Assembly: GCA_013265495.1 (NCBI GenBank)
Contig: MU058221.1
Location: 372,001 to 436,000 of the forward strand
DNA length: 64,000 nt
Direction of reading: 5' to 3'
Source: Vicugna vicugna
Taxonomy: Eukaryota
The notes below the pieces were generated by a model, which ran no database searches, was not told where the DNA came from, and saw nothing but the letters and a program-made list of their open reading frames with translations. Position numbers and translations under genes: made by a program. Positions 51,322 through 63,725 of the stretch are shown here, piece after piece (positions within the stretch are counted from its first letter, which is position 1; every line of letters begins with the position of its first letter).

Positions 51322-52061
51322 ACAGGGGTTGGAACTGCTGTATCAGCTACTTAGAAACAATGTAAAGCACCATCAGTTTGCACTGATCTTAGAGGACTTC
51401 CGTGAGATTTAATGCAGTGAGAGCCAGATAGAAGAAAGGAACACAATGGCACGCTCAGAACTGCACGGTCTGACTTAGATGAGATTCAGGCAGAAGTCTC
51501 ACTGAAGGACTTTGCTTGTAAGAATGGAATGGAGGTGAGGTGGGACAGCAGCAACGGCTCCGCGTGGAAGCCCTTTAGCCGCCGTGTTTCCGTGCTGTCC
51601 TGAAGGAGCTGCCTGGGAGGGCTGACGCTCAGTGCTGTCACTTCAAACGCCTTTGGCTGGGAAGTGCCCCTAAGGCATCAAGGAGGCTGTGTGCTGTCCC
51701 CCTGAGTCACGGCCACATGAACTGAAAACCTGTTTGGTTTAAGACTGGCCTCGAATGCACCCCATGACTAATACAGAAGTGAGTCCAAACCAGCACAGAA
51801 AGGATCTTGCTCTTGACAGACCCAAGGGACTGATCCCTTCTTCTGCATCTAATGCTGTAGGATCCTGAGTTCAGGGTCTGTTTTCATCAGCAGCTCCTAC
51901 CACCTAAAATCCAAAAGGAATCTAATGCTCTCCACGTGAGCAGTGGGACATCTGAGGAAAACCCACCCGTGTGACTTTGACGGAAACTGCAGTTTGGAAT
52001 TTTTCTCATCACCTCAAAGAGATAAAAGAACAAAACAAACACCAACATCAAAACACAAATG

Positions 52062-52637
52062 AATGTTCATAGCAGCACTATTTACAGCAGCCAAGACATG
52101 GAAATAACCTAAATGTCCATTGACAGAGGGCTGGATAAAGAAGCTGTGGTATATTTATACAAGGGAACACTACTCAGCCATAAAAACGATAACGTAACGC
52201 CATTTGCAGCAACATGGATGTCCCTGGAGACCACTATTCTAAGTGAAGTAAGTCAGAAAGAGAAAGAAAAATACAGTATGATATCATTCATATGTGGAAT
52301 CTAAAAGAAAGAAAAAGACAAATGAACTTATATATAAAACAGAAACAGACTCACAGACAGAATACAGACTTATGGTTGCCAGGGGGGAGAGGGTGGGAAG
52401 GGATAAGCTGGGAGTTCGAGATTTGCAGATTCTGACTGGTATGTATAAAACAGATAAACAAGTTTATACTGCATGGCACAGGGAAGTATGTTCAATATCT
52501 TATAGTAGCTCATGGTGAAAAAGAATATGAAAATGAATGTACGTATGTTCATGTATGACTGAAGAGTTGTGCTGTGCACCAGAAATTGACACAACACTGT
52601 AAACTGACTATACCTCAATTAAAAAGGAAAGAAAGAA
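52062..52637 (+). mobile_element. Young L1 3' end with TSD
   Basis: aatgttcatagcagcacta...gtaaactgactatacctcaattaaaaa; TSD aaaacacaaatg (52050-52061) / aaaacacagatg (52638-52649). Confidence 0.92.
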
Positions 52638-52789
52638 AAAACACAGATGGCTGTGTGAGACAAATGTAAAACTTTACAGGAAACTACTTAAGGACAGAAA
52701 AAAAAAGTGGTTATAAGAGAACAGGGAACTTAGCAATGTCTAAATAAAAGTTGACAGTGTACTATGTATGAAAAATAAGTGAAAAAAGA

Positions 52790-53335
52790 ATTTTTGAAAG
52801 AGACAAATAAGTAAAAGAGATCCTTAACTGACCAAGACAGCGTTTGCCCTCCCTTCAGCTGTACTAAACTTTAGACAAGAATCTTCCCGATCATAGGCTT
52901 CAGACCTACATTTTTTTTAAAGAGCATTTACTTTAGAAAACTTGAATTATAAATTGTTTCTCTGCCCCCTGTGGAAGGTAAGCCTTCTCCCAGCCTCTTG
53001 GCAGTTGTAGAACCCAGGAGTGGCTTTCTCAAGGACCTGGAACCATCGCTTTGAAATGTAAACATCAAAAAAATAGCACCCCTATCTCCCAGTCTCTGTG
53101 GGACTGCAGGGGCCTTCGCTTTAATAAGCACAGTTAGCAACGCAGATAGCTTAACCATATTGATCACCTTTCTCCCCTAATGCTCTCCAGCAACTTTCCA
53201 CGAGCTCGTGGAGGGCTTTCAAATTGTCTAGGCTTTGTTTCAGCAGAGTTCAGTTTACTCTCTCATCCTTACTGCAGTAGTCTCTAATTAAATCTTTCAT
53301 GCCTATTTAAATCTGCCCAGAACAATTTTTCTAAT
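52790..53335 (+). mobile_element. Old ERV1 solo LTR (MER31/MER34-like)
   Basis: cagctgtactaaactttagacaag...agagcatttactttagaaaacttg...ctcaaggacctggaaccatcgctttgaaatgtaaacatc. Confidence 0.7.
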
Positions 53336-53399
53336 GCAAAACCCATATAGTTTCAATAAAGCTGTATATAGTATGTGCTGCATATAATATATGTGGGCC

Positions 53400-54350
53400 A
53401 AGAAAGTGATACATTTTTCATCACCCTTTCATATGTAATCCTATGTAATTTCAATCTAGAAGTTGAAGTGAAAGAAAAAAAAGTTAACTCCAAAGTAGAT
53501 TCAAAGCAAAGAAACAACTAAAATTAAGAAATAAAAGGTAAAAGTTAATTAAATTAAAATTCTCAAAGATGTGATTTTTACACAGAATACTACATCAAAG
53601 AAATATATAAAACCAAAATATTTTAGAGGAAAAAGCCTCTAGAACTCCAAACGAAATTGAGTAATTCCTTTTAGTTTTTGATAGACCATGTGGACAAAAT
53701 TATAAAGAATATAAAAGGTTTAATTTTGAGATCAGTAAGTTTTGTTTACTACTAGACATAACATATTTTCGGAATTCTTAAATTCCATTGTTGTCAAATA
53801 CATCTGAAATTTAAGATAATTATAGCTCTCCAGAGGAAAAATGAACAATATAATAAATAAAATCACATTAAGGTTGATTTTGAATTACTTTATGATTTCT
53901 GAAATTTTAAATTGTTGCTGGGGAAACAATTTAAATTGTGAGGTGAGCATGTATTAGAATACACATACCAAACTTGTAACAATTATTTAATCCTTTATTC
54001 AAAGTTTATAAATTCCTTAAAAATATCTTTTAAACTTTATTTATATACAAGAACTGTCAGAGAAGCATTGTTTACAGAATGGCCAGTGATAATTAGTATT
54101 GGGAACGATTCAAATTCCACCAACACAGAATAAATAAGTAAACTGCATTATTTTCACTTAAAGGAAAATGTAGAAAGTTAATTTTTTATGATATCAAAAA
54201 GATGAAAAGCAAGAAACTGAAACAAATCTTAGAAGGTAATGAAATAAATCTGTGAGAGAAAAAGATCTCAAAAAGTGATTTAACAAAGTATTGAATACCA
54301 TGAAATTAAACAATCACCGCTATTCAGTGAATCATTTAACGTTTTATCTG
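53400..54350 (+). mobile_element. Ancient L1 (L1ME/MC-like) degraded ORF2 and 3' UTR
   Basis: A-rich; acaagaactgtcagagaagcattgtttacag...aaattccaccaacacagaataaataagtaaactg at about 54045-54150 is a degenerate L1 3' motif. Confidence 0.55.
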
Positions 54351-54469
54351 AAGACGGCTATAAAATATGACAAACACGTTTCCTCCTGTTAATTTGTGTG
54401 TTCTTTTTTCCTGGGGTAAGTGTGTATTATTTTTAAAATATCCGCCTTTACTGTCTGCTAAGGTAGACT

Positions 54470-54710
54470 CCGGGCGGGAGACACAGCAGGGCAGCGCGCC
54501 GAGCGGGCCGAGGGAGAGCCGCGCAGGGGCGCCGGCAGGGGAGCGCGGCGGCGGCCCCGGGGGAGGGGGGGGCCGGGTGGCAGCGCGCGTGCGCGGCGCG
54601 CTTCGACTGCAAAGTGCAACGGCGAGCGTTCCAGACCCGGAGGCGGGTGTGAGCGCGCCTATGGTGAAGTAACCCGTAACGGAGGTGCTTGGTGCTGTCT
54701 GCGTCGTTCA
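54470..54710. other. Short, sharp GC/CpG peak
   Basis: About 240 bp of mostly G/C with dense CpG inside very AT-rich flanks. Confidence 0.85.
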
Positions 54711-57700
54711 GTCAGGACAAAAGGAGAGCTGGAGGGTTGGCAAAATGTGTGAATTTTAAAAAGCGTTAGTTACTCCGTGCATTTTCTGACTTTATTGTGA
54801 CGGTGAGAAAATGCGAATAATTATTTTTGGAAGTTAATTCCCGAATACACAGTTCATGACATATTCGTATTTATCTAATTGAATGTCCAGACCTGACTAG
54901 ATGTGTCACAGAAAAAGATGCATAGGCCCCACTGGTTATAACATCCGCTATGATGTTATTCAGGTAAATAACTTACACCGCGTCAACTTGTGCATCATAA
55001 TCCTACAGAGACGGAAAACATGTGGAAAACATATGTCAGATCGTGAGAAAGCTTTAATATATACGGTCAGATGAGAAATGGAAACAAAAAATTATTACAC
55101 TCCCATTAAAATAAATCTAACGCACAAGCTTAAATGCTTTGTTTTTCACTGGGTGATGAGACTAAGCTGTTTGTGCTGTTTTCCTGTAACCAAATAATAT
55201 GAATAAATGTTATAGTTTTAAAATGAGATATTCTGTGTAATGTCATTTATTTAAATTGTGATTATTATTGGGCACCAGCGATTTTGAAATGACAAGTGTA
55301 ATGTTCTCTTTATTTCATGCATGAAGAGCTTCCCACAGTCTTATTAATACCATGATTCCACATCTGTATAGCTTTTCAAAATGCCAGTAACTGTGTTGGC
55401 CAGTGATTTTGTCAAGACTGGATTTCTTCCCACGTGATTTTTTTATTAACTCATTTTAACAAAAATAAAATACTAAGGCAGTTAAGTAAATGTGCCTTAA
55501 AGAAAACTGTTTGCTCAGCCCAGCGTGTAGTGCAATGCCTTAATTGTGAAATCAGTGAGTCTGCACACAACTAATTTAGTTCAAGCAGAAGTTCACAGTA
55601 ACTGAGTGGCGGATTGCGCTCTGAGAGGCACCGCGATTTGGGACTTTGTCACTGTGTTCTAGTCTCGCTTAATTCCCTAGAGGCAGTCTTTTCTAGTTAT
55701 TTACAATCTGACTATATCAACATTAAACTCTTGCTGCTGTCAAAAATAAACTACGGAGTTGTCACTCCTCTGAAGATACCTTGCTATATGCATTCTCAAA
55801 AAAGGAAGTATTAAACAACAAATTGAAAATTCTGATCTTGTGTCTACATCAGCATCTGTATTTTGAATGGTTTGCGTAAAATTTAGGAATGAGAACCTTT
55901 TAAATAATCAAATTGCAGTATTTGTAACGTGAAGAATCTTTTCTCAAATGTCCAGCTACAGTTTTCCTTCTGAAGTTAAGTGCATGGAACAAGTGGTCTG
56001 ATGAAATTAACAATTAGGAGGATTAAGCAAAATACAGCACTAATTTATTATGATGTTCTGTATAATAGCAATAGTATATATTTTTTAAATGGCTCACGGA
56101 AACTTCTAATAAGGCCATATTTCATGAGAATGAATTTGGTGGGAAAAATAAATAGTTTCTATCATATTTTAGAAGTGGGTTATCACTAACCACTTTTCGT
56201 ATGGTAATCCTGGAAGAAGTCTCTTTTATTTAATTTAGAGTGTGCTTCCAGTGTTTATATTTTCTACCAATAATTTAATTTGAACATATATTAGTTGTGG
56301 TCTTTTTCATAAGAAGTTGTAAGTAGAGCAGATCATTATGTGGTTATATAGTAAGATATAAAGTAAGAAAACACTTTTTTTATCCTTCTCATATTTAAAT
56401 AGTTGAGATGTTGCCAATGCCTGGTGGAAAATAAAATTGATTTGGGTATACAAAAAGCTTAACAAATTTATATTTAAACAGATAGCATGGCTTCCCATCA
56501 TGTTCTTAATTTTATAATGATGGTTATTAAAAGACAAAGACCATGCAGATAGCATCTACAGAGTTAGATGAGAAAGGAAAGTCTATTCCTGTTGGTCAAC
56601 CAGAAACAAAACGAGCCCAGGGTAGGAATATCTGCCACGAAAGTCAGTCAGCGACAGTGCACTTGCCTGGCTACTGGGCAGTGAGCACGTTGGCTGCGCG
56701 ATACCTACCTGCTCCTACATTTTGATAGTTTGTGAGTCCAGGAAACACAAGCTGTGCGAGTGTCTTGGCAAGCTACGTCTTCAGCCCTCACCTCAAATTC
56801 AGCTGCGTCTGGGAAACCTGCCGTAGCTGACTGGAAAAGAGGGACAAATTCTATCCTATTCACAGAGCAGTAAAGACAGTTTCTGGCCTGTCTTCCCCAT
56901 GAGACGCGAACCATGAAGAATAAGCCACACTTAAAACCGCTTTTTCCAAGGGATTGATTTTACTTAGATTCTAAGTTTGAAAGTGACATAGACTGTATTG
57001 ACTGAGAATATTTATAACATATGGGAAATAAAATCAAGAAAAATTGAATTATAAATGAGTAAATTGTCTGAGTTCCCCAAATTTCTTAATTTTGTTTAGC
57101 AGACTTTGTACTATATTTAAATGTCTGTCATAGGTTTCATTGCCATAATACTCTAAAAATAAAAATTAATTACAATTAAATTTAATGGAGATTTGGAATA
57201 GTTGTCATGTAGCTCCTTTAATCCTTGAAGGAGTTGTCTGATTCAATTGTCCTTCACCTCTTCTCCATTTTATCCTACAAAAGGAGCAAAATAACAGGAG
57301 ATGCACGAGCAGAGAGGTAATTTAGTTTTAAAAATATTTAGGGTAGGTACAGATGAATTCAGACAGCTTCTCCCATTTGATTCCTGCTCTGCAAGTGGAC
57401 CCCTTTCAACTTCTTTGTCTTACATCAACAGGCTGTAAGATTCAGCAAAGGAACACATCATTTTCTTGGCTGACAAACTAAAAATAGTTCGCAGAGGAAA
57501 CAGGGTTTTTGCGTTGCTTCTCTTGCAGTTATTTTTATTTTTCTTCCCTTCAAAGTGAAGTCACTCCAGTCAGCAAGTCCTGACACTCTGATTGGCTGAC
57601 CACTGTGAAAGCTTGTTGGGGAGCAAATTTAAATGCCACCTCTTCTCTGTTTCCTTCCATGGCCAGGTACCTTGGGAAGCCCCCAAAGGCACATCAAAGG

Positions 57701-57931
57701 GAAAGACACTGGAGTGCTCTGGAGAGAATTCCCACCTCGTTAGCCACGGGTGGAGCAACTCAACATGTGACAAGGGACATGGAAAGGCAGTGTTCATGTT
57801 GTAAAGGAAACAGTGATTTGTCAGGCAGCCAACAGTATCTCTAATCCAAAAGGCAGAAGGGTATGGAAAATAAAAGTGATTTGGGAAACATGGCGGTTGG
57901 CTGGAGAAAGATCACGCCGGAGATAAAGTGC

Positions 57932-58348
57932 ACACCCAGAAACAGAAGGAAAAATACCTTATGATATCACTCATATGTGGAATCTAAAAAAAAAAAAAAA
58001 GAAAAAAAGAAGACACTAATGAACACATCTACAAGAGAAACAGACTTGAAGACACAGTAAACAATCTTATGGTTACTGGGGAAAGGCGGTGGGAGGGGAT
58101 AAATTTGGGAGTTTGAGATTTGCAAATGTTAACCACTATATGTAAAATAGATAAAAAACAAATTTCTTCTGTATAGCACAGGAAACTATATTTAATATCT
58201 TGTAATAGCTTTTAATGAACAAGAATATGAACATGAATATATGCATATGTATATATGTGTGTATATATATATACATGATTGGCACTTTATGCTGTACGCC
58301 AGAAACTGACACATTGTAACTGACTGTACTTCAGTTTTTAAAAAAAAC
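57932..58348 (+). mobile_element. Young L1 3' end
   Basis: atatcactcatatgtggaatctaaaaa...acattgtaactgactgtacttcag+A-run; aagtgca on both sides. Confidence 0.9.
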
Positions 58349-59397
58349 AAGTGCATAATTGGCATAAGGAGATTTGATTTGCTCTCAAAATGTGCAGCTT
58401 GCCATCACTGGCCATTTTCAGCCCGTGCTGATCTCTGTTTGTTTTTTTTTTCCCCTGCATTGATATATGTTGCCTACTTTGCATAATTTCACGTATTATG
58501 TTCCACCAATTTATACACTTTCAGAGTTCAAGATTAACAGGTAGGAAGCTCCATTGTCTGTTGAGTTCACTACAAAATATTTAATGATTAGATGTTGAGT
58601 TGAAAATAGAGAGTGAGGATTGAAAACGTGTAAAAGAAAAAAAAAAGGAATTTTCTCTGGAGTTAGGAAAATTTGGTGTTTTGGTTAAATTTAACAAATA
58701 TTATCTATTTTGTGAAGATTAAAAGAGTTACAAGGAAAAAATCTGTGCTTCAGTGGAAAATTATGCTTTTTCCAGAGTGCACTTCTCCAGGTTATCTGAT
58801 CTTCATCCCAAAGGAATTATTTTACAACTATGAGAAAATAATTTTTGTCTGTAGATAAAAAATGTAGTCTTTCAGATGAAGGTTCCGTTAACTTCTCTTC
58901 CTCTCCATGGAAAAAGCCAGTTTCTCTTTGTAGACTCATTTCACCAGTGCTCTATGTAAATTTGTGCTTGTTGTAACATCTGCCTGGAAACTTCATTATG
59001 TGTTAAGTAAAATCTTTAAACATGTCCATTTATGTTTGTATGAGGTTTGTGATTTTTACCACTTAAAATATTATTCTTTAGCAGAACTAATATGTGTGAA
59101 AACAATTAGAACCTTGTCTAGTATAAAGAGAGATGAATACATGTTGCCCTTTTTTGCTGTTATTTGTATGAGCCAGCATTCTTGATGCCAAGTGCTAGAC
59201 ACAGTCATGATTAAAACTGAAGCAGGTCAGAGTTTAGCAGAAAATCAATCAAATAAATAGTTCCAGCACAATGTGTTTAGAAACGTAATTGAATTAAATA
59301 TAAGATCCTATGGAAATGTGGGCAGAGCAGCAATTGACTCCGTCTTAGGGTCAAGAGAAGAATGGGTTTTGGGAAGGGCAATATTTGAGAGTCAGAC

Positions 59398-60057
59398 TGT
59401 TGCCGGTGGATCCAACCCATGTTCCAGGTTCTCGTCCCGCCGTCCCAGAAAGAATTCAGAGACAAGACGTAGAGGTTAAGAAAAGTGAAGTGAGGATTTA
59501 TTAAGGGGTGGACAGGACACTCTCAACGGGGGGAGCGGGCAGGCTCAGGGAAGCAGCTGCCCTGAGTTTCTTTGGCAAGCTGGTCACATAGGGCGTAAAA
59601 AAGAATGGGGGAATATTCATTGGGGAGGGAGTGGTTTGGGATCGTATTCCTTGATTATCATCCCAGCTCCACCTTCCCAAAGGGAGGAGGGACTTTTGTC
59701 CTTATTTAGTCTGGATCGGAAGTGTCATGGTGTCGGTGCATGCTGGGAACTTTTGATCTGCAAGGCTGATTTTATTGAAATGAGGGCATAATGAGCAAAA
59801 GGTCACATTCGAACACTGGAAACTCCTGCCTTTTCTCACCTTTCTTTGTTATCTCCAGGCCACTCATCACCCCAAAACGTGTGACCCCTTATCAGCCCAG
59901 AGGTTCCTGCTTTCCTTCCTCTGCCCAGGGACCCCTGGAGCTTATATGATGTGTGGTTTCCTGCATTTGGCCTGGGCCCCTCCTTTCTGCCCAGGTCCTG
60001 CCATGTGGCCTGCGTCCCCCTTTCTCTGCTCACATCTAGCTCTCTGCTGCTCTAACA
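59398..60057 (-). mobile_element. ERV solo LTR (young-looking)
   Basis: tgtt...aaca inverted termini, 660 bp, TTTATT near 59497 (polyA signal on the minus strand). Confidence 0.75.
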
Positions 60058-62385
60058 AAATCAGAAAGAGAGTTAGCCAATCCCGTTACTGTTCCTAGCC
60101 ATCCTTGATAAATAACTATAATCAGACATTGTAACATTAAACACAGAATCAGGACAAAATCAATGAGTGAATAAACTCTCTTTTACTCAGTCAAAACTGA
60201 AATGAACTTGATCACAAGGTCACACTTGCTAGCCCTAGCAAGTCAACAAAGATATGAAGTGCTCTCTATTTAACCTGTGCAGACATAGCAGTGGCTGAGA
60301 TTAATCATAGCGAGGAAAAATAAAAGATGTAATTTAAAAATAAGTGCAAGGAAGTTTATAAAGCAAAGTTAAGCTTAGATAAAAATTTAAGGCTAACTTT
60401 TTTTTCAGAGAGAAATCACAGAAGAGAAAAAAAGTAATTATACAAATTTGAGGCACTGTGGTCTCTGTTCAATGTCCTTTTATACATATGTTATCTTTGC
60501 ACCCTTGGAAAACAGACCCTATGAGTTCATTTGAGGAAGGGCTATTACCACTGGTTCATAGTTAAGGACTCATAAACAGAGAGTTTTTTTATGTCAAGAT
60601 CTGATAAAAATGATAAATGTTTTTAGTGCACATGGTGTTTATAGTTTCAAATATATTTTCCATATACAGAATTTCCTTTGATTTCCTAACCACTACTGAA
60701 GAGAAAGTTTTATTTTTCATCTCTTAAAAATGAGGAAGCTGAGTCCTATAGAAATGAACTTTCTGATGCCAAGTCAAACAGCAAACACATGCCCGCGGCT
60801 CTTCTGACTGAGCATTCTGTGCCTCCTGCAAGTTGATTTTCAGTGCAAATGGAATCTTAGGCTTTGGAGGTGTTTTGAGGGTCACGGAGCTCAGGGCCGA
60901 GGACCCAGTGGGGCGAAGGACAGAGTGTGAGATTAGGGCCACGCGCTGGAGCTGTCACTGTTTCCTACTTTGGTTAAATGCCAGAAGAGTGGGCGTGGCT
61001 TTGGCTGTCCTTCCATTTTGCTCCCCCTCTCATGATGCCAGGACGCAAGAAGGAGCAAATGCTTGTTACGACAGTCCATCCCAGCACTGCCATATTTGCT
61101 TTACGTTCTGCCTCATACAAGAAAGCTATTTTAGTTTGTGGAAAAATGACACAGGGTTCGTTTTAGTTTACAGAAAACATGCAAAGATCGAGGCAAGTCC
61201 TGACAACCCCCTCACAGCCACGTGAGTTTCCGTAAAGTTCATGTTTCACAGAGAAAACAGTGTAGGATAAGCCCAGAACTTTCTTGTTTTCTTCCTCGCG
61301 TGGAACCCAGGGTGCCGGTTTGTTCTGCAGTGCAGCTTGGGCCGCGTTAGCCGCTGCATGCCTGGCGTATTGACTAAGTTATCAGCTTCCAGCACCACCA
61401 CCCAGGACTTGTCAGACTGCCTTCCAGAGCTGCGCAAGCGAACGAGTGAGCTCCCCTCCAGCCGGTGCCCCAGCCACGCTTTCTCCCCGGAGGGGAGCGC
61501 CTGCCTGGAGCTGGACTGCAATTATTTGAAAAGGATTCGCAGCCTTGTTCGCACCAAGGCGCAGGATTTGCTAGCAGAGAGTAGCTTCCATTCGGTGTTC
61601 TCCACCTCTTCCAGGAACTCTTACCCTCGAAGAGTCGTCCAGACCGCGCGCGTGGTGCGATACCCTTTGGAAGGGCTTCTGTCTTGCTAAGTAGATCGCT
61701 ATGAGGGAAATTCCAAAAAGTAGTGAAATTTTGTTTTAAAGTTTCAGTGACATTCTAAATTTGTAAGACTTTCATGTGTTTCTTGGTTTAGTGAGAACTA
61801 AATTTTAGGAGGAGTTTATGACACCTCTTTCTTGGCTTCCCTTCACCCTCTGTACTTGAGTATGAGTCACAGTCACGAGGCAGGAGTGTTGATCTGGAAG
61901 AGCCAGATTCTGGTTCTTAAGCCTGCAGATAGAAGCTTCAAAGGGACTGAAGCCACGGAGCACAAGGGCACAGTGTCTTCCATTCTCAGTCTTTCTTCCC
62001 TGTTTCCTAGTTGACAGGTGACGCGGATTCATTTGCTTTAGAGTAAGGCCAAACTGTCTTCTTGTCTCCAGGTTTTCACCTATTTTGCTTACAGCTGATG
62101 ATTCTTTCTTGAAGCCACGAGGACCAAAGGCAGCCTCCTCCGGTGGGTCGTCTGAGCGACCTAGGACAGCTCTGATGGGAAGATGTGGGCATTCGCTCTC
62201 TCTTGCTTGTTCCTTCTCCTGCGCGTCCTGCATCTTGTCAGAAGATCTCTCCTGGCATCACAGACTCTGGCTTGCTTTCAGCAGCACCAAAGCAGTTATT
62301 CCAGACACAATGAAGGGAACACCATGAAGCTGAGGACTGTTCACTAGACACCTACTCGGTGGCTAGGAGTTAAAGTCAAATTGAC

Positions 62386-62905
62386 GATGATTTCATTTCC
62401 TTTGGCTACCAGTCCAGAAGCAGAATTGAATCATACAGTAGTTCTATTTTTATTTCTTTTGAGGCCCCTCCATACTGTTTTCCGAAGGAGCATCAGTTTA
62501 AGATCCTACCAACACTGTGCAAGGATAAGCCGTGCTGGTTTCTCTCTTGTCTTTTTGATGGTAGACACTCTGGCAGGTGTGAGGTGATAGGTCACTGAGG
62601 TTTTGGTCTGCGTTTCCCTGTGGTTAGTGATGCTGAGCGCCTCTTCATGTACCTGCTGGCAATTTGAATACCTTCTCTGGGAAGGTGTCTGTTAACATCT
62701 TTGGCCGTTTTATATCGAGCCATTTGTTTTTGTCTGTGTTTTTTGTATGCTTTTGTTTGCTTGCTTGCTTGCTTTTGCTGCTGAGCTGTGTGAGTTCCTT
62801 ACGTATTTTGGAGGCTGACCTCTTACCAGATATGTGGTTTGCAAATATTGCACTCTGTAGGTTTCCTTTTACTTTGTTGACCATTTATTTTGCTTTACAG
62901 AAGCT
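62386..62905 (-). mobile_element. L1 ORF2 C-terminal fragment (antisense)
   Basis: ORF 62645..62884(-) IFANHISGKRSASKIRKELTQL is L1 ORF2-like. Confidence 0.85.
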
Positions 62906-62909
62906 TTTA

Positions 62910-63356
62910 ATTTTGAGATTTGCAGATACTAACTAATACATATGAGGCAGATAAACAACAAGTTCCTACTGTACAGCACAGGGAACCGTATTCAGTACCT
63001 TGTAGTAACTTATGGTGAAAAACAATGTGAACATGAACACATGTGTGTGCATGTGTGACTGAAGCATTATGCTGTACACCAGGAATCAATGCAACATTGT
63101 AAACTGACTATACTGCAATAATATATACATACATATATATACAAAAATTTTTCTATTGTGTATTTGAAAGCTGTTAAGAGAGTAGATCTTTAAAGTTCTT
63201 ACCACAGGAAAAAACTTACAATCATGTGTAGTGATGGGTGCTGACTATTGGATGGCTAATTATTTCATAGTATATACATATACCAAAGCGTTATGTTGCA
63301 CACTTTAAACTTATACAGTGTTGCATGTCAATTACATCTCAGTGAAACTGGAAAAC
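62910..63356 (+). mobile_element. Two consecutive L1 3' ends (young type 62910-63145; L1MA-like 63155-63356)
   Basis: tttgagatttgcagatac...aaactgactatactgcaata, then tttgaaagctgttaagagagtagatc...gtcaattacatctcagtgaaactggaaaa. Confidence 0.85.
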
Positions 63357-63499
63357 AGTAAAGCCTAAACGAACGACAGGGCAACTGCTGGCCTTCTTTG
63401 GCAGTCATCGCGTTGGTGTTTACTCTGCCAGCGTAGAGTCGTGCAGGACCTTCCTGGGTTGCCTCTGGTTTTGGCTCTGAGCAAAGACAGACACGTGTA

Positions 63500-63725
63500 A
63501 GGGGCCAGCACCCCCTCAATGGGTTAGTTGCTCTGGGCTCCCTGCTGTCTGGGCTCAGAGCCCAGCTTCACACCTTTCTGGACACACGACCTTGAAGGAG
63601 CCTCCGTTTCTTCCTTTCCAAAACGAGGACAGTGGAAGCTGCTTCACAGAGGGCTGCGAAGTTTAAATAAGAAGGTACGTGTAAAGCCTGACAAAAACTA
63701 GCCCCCAGTAAGCATTAGTTATTAA
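63500..63725 (+). mobile_element. MIR SINE
   Basis: cccagcttcacacctttctggacacacgaccttg...gcctccgtttcttcctttccaaaacgagga...gtaagcattagttatt. Confidence 0.65.
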
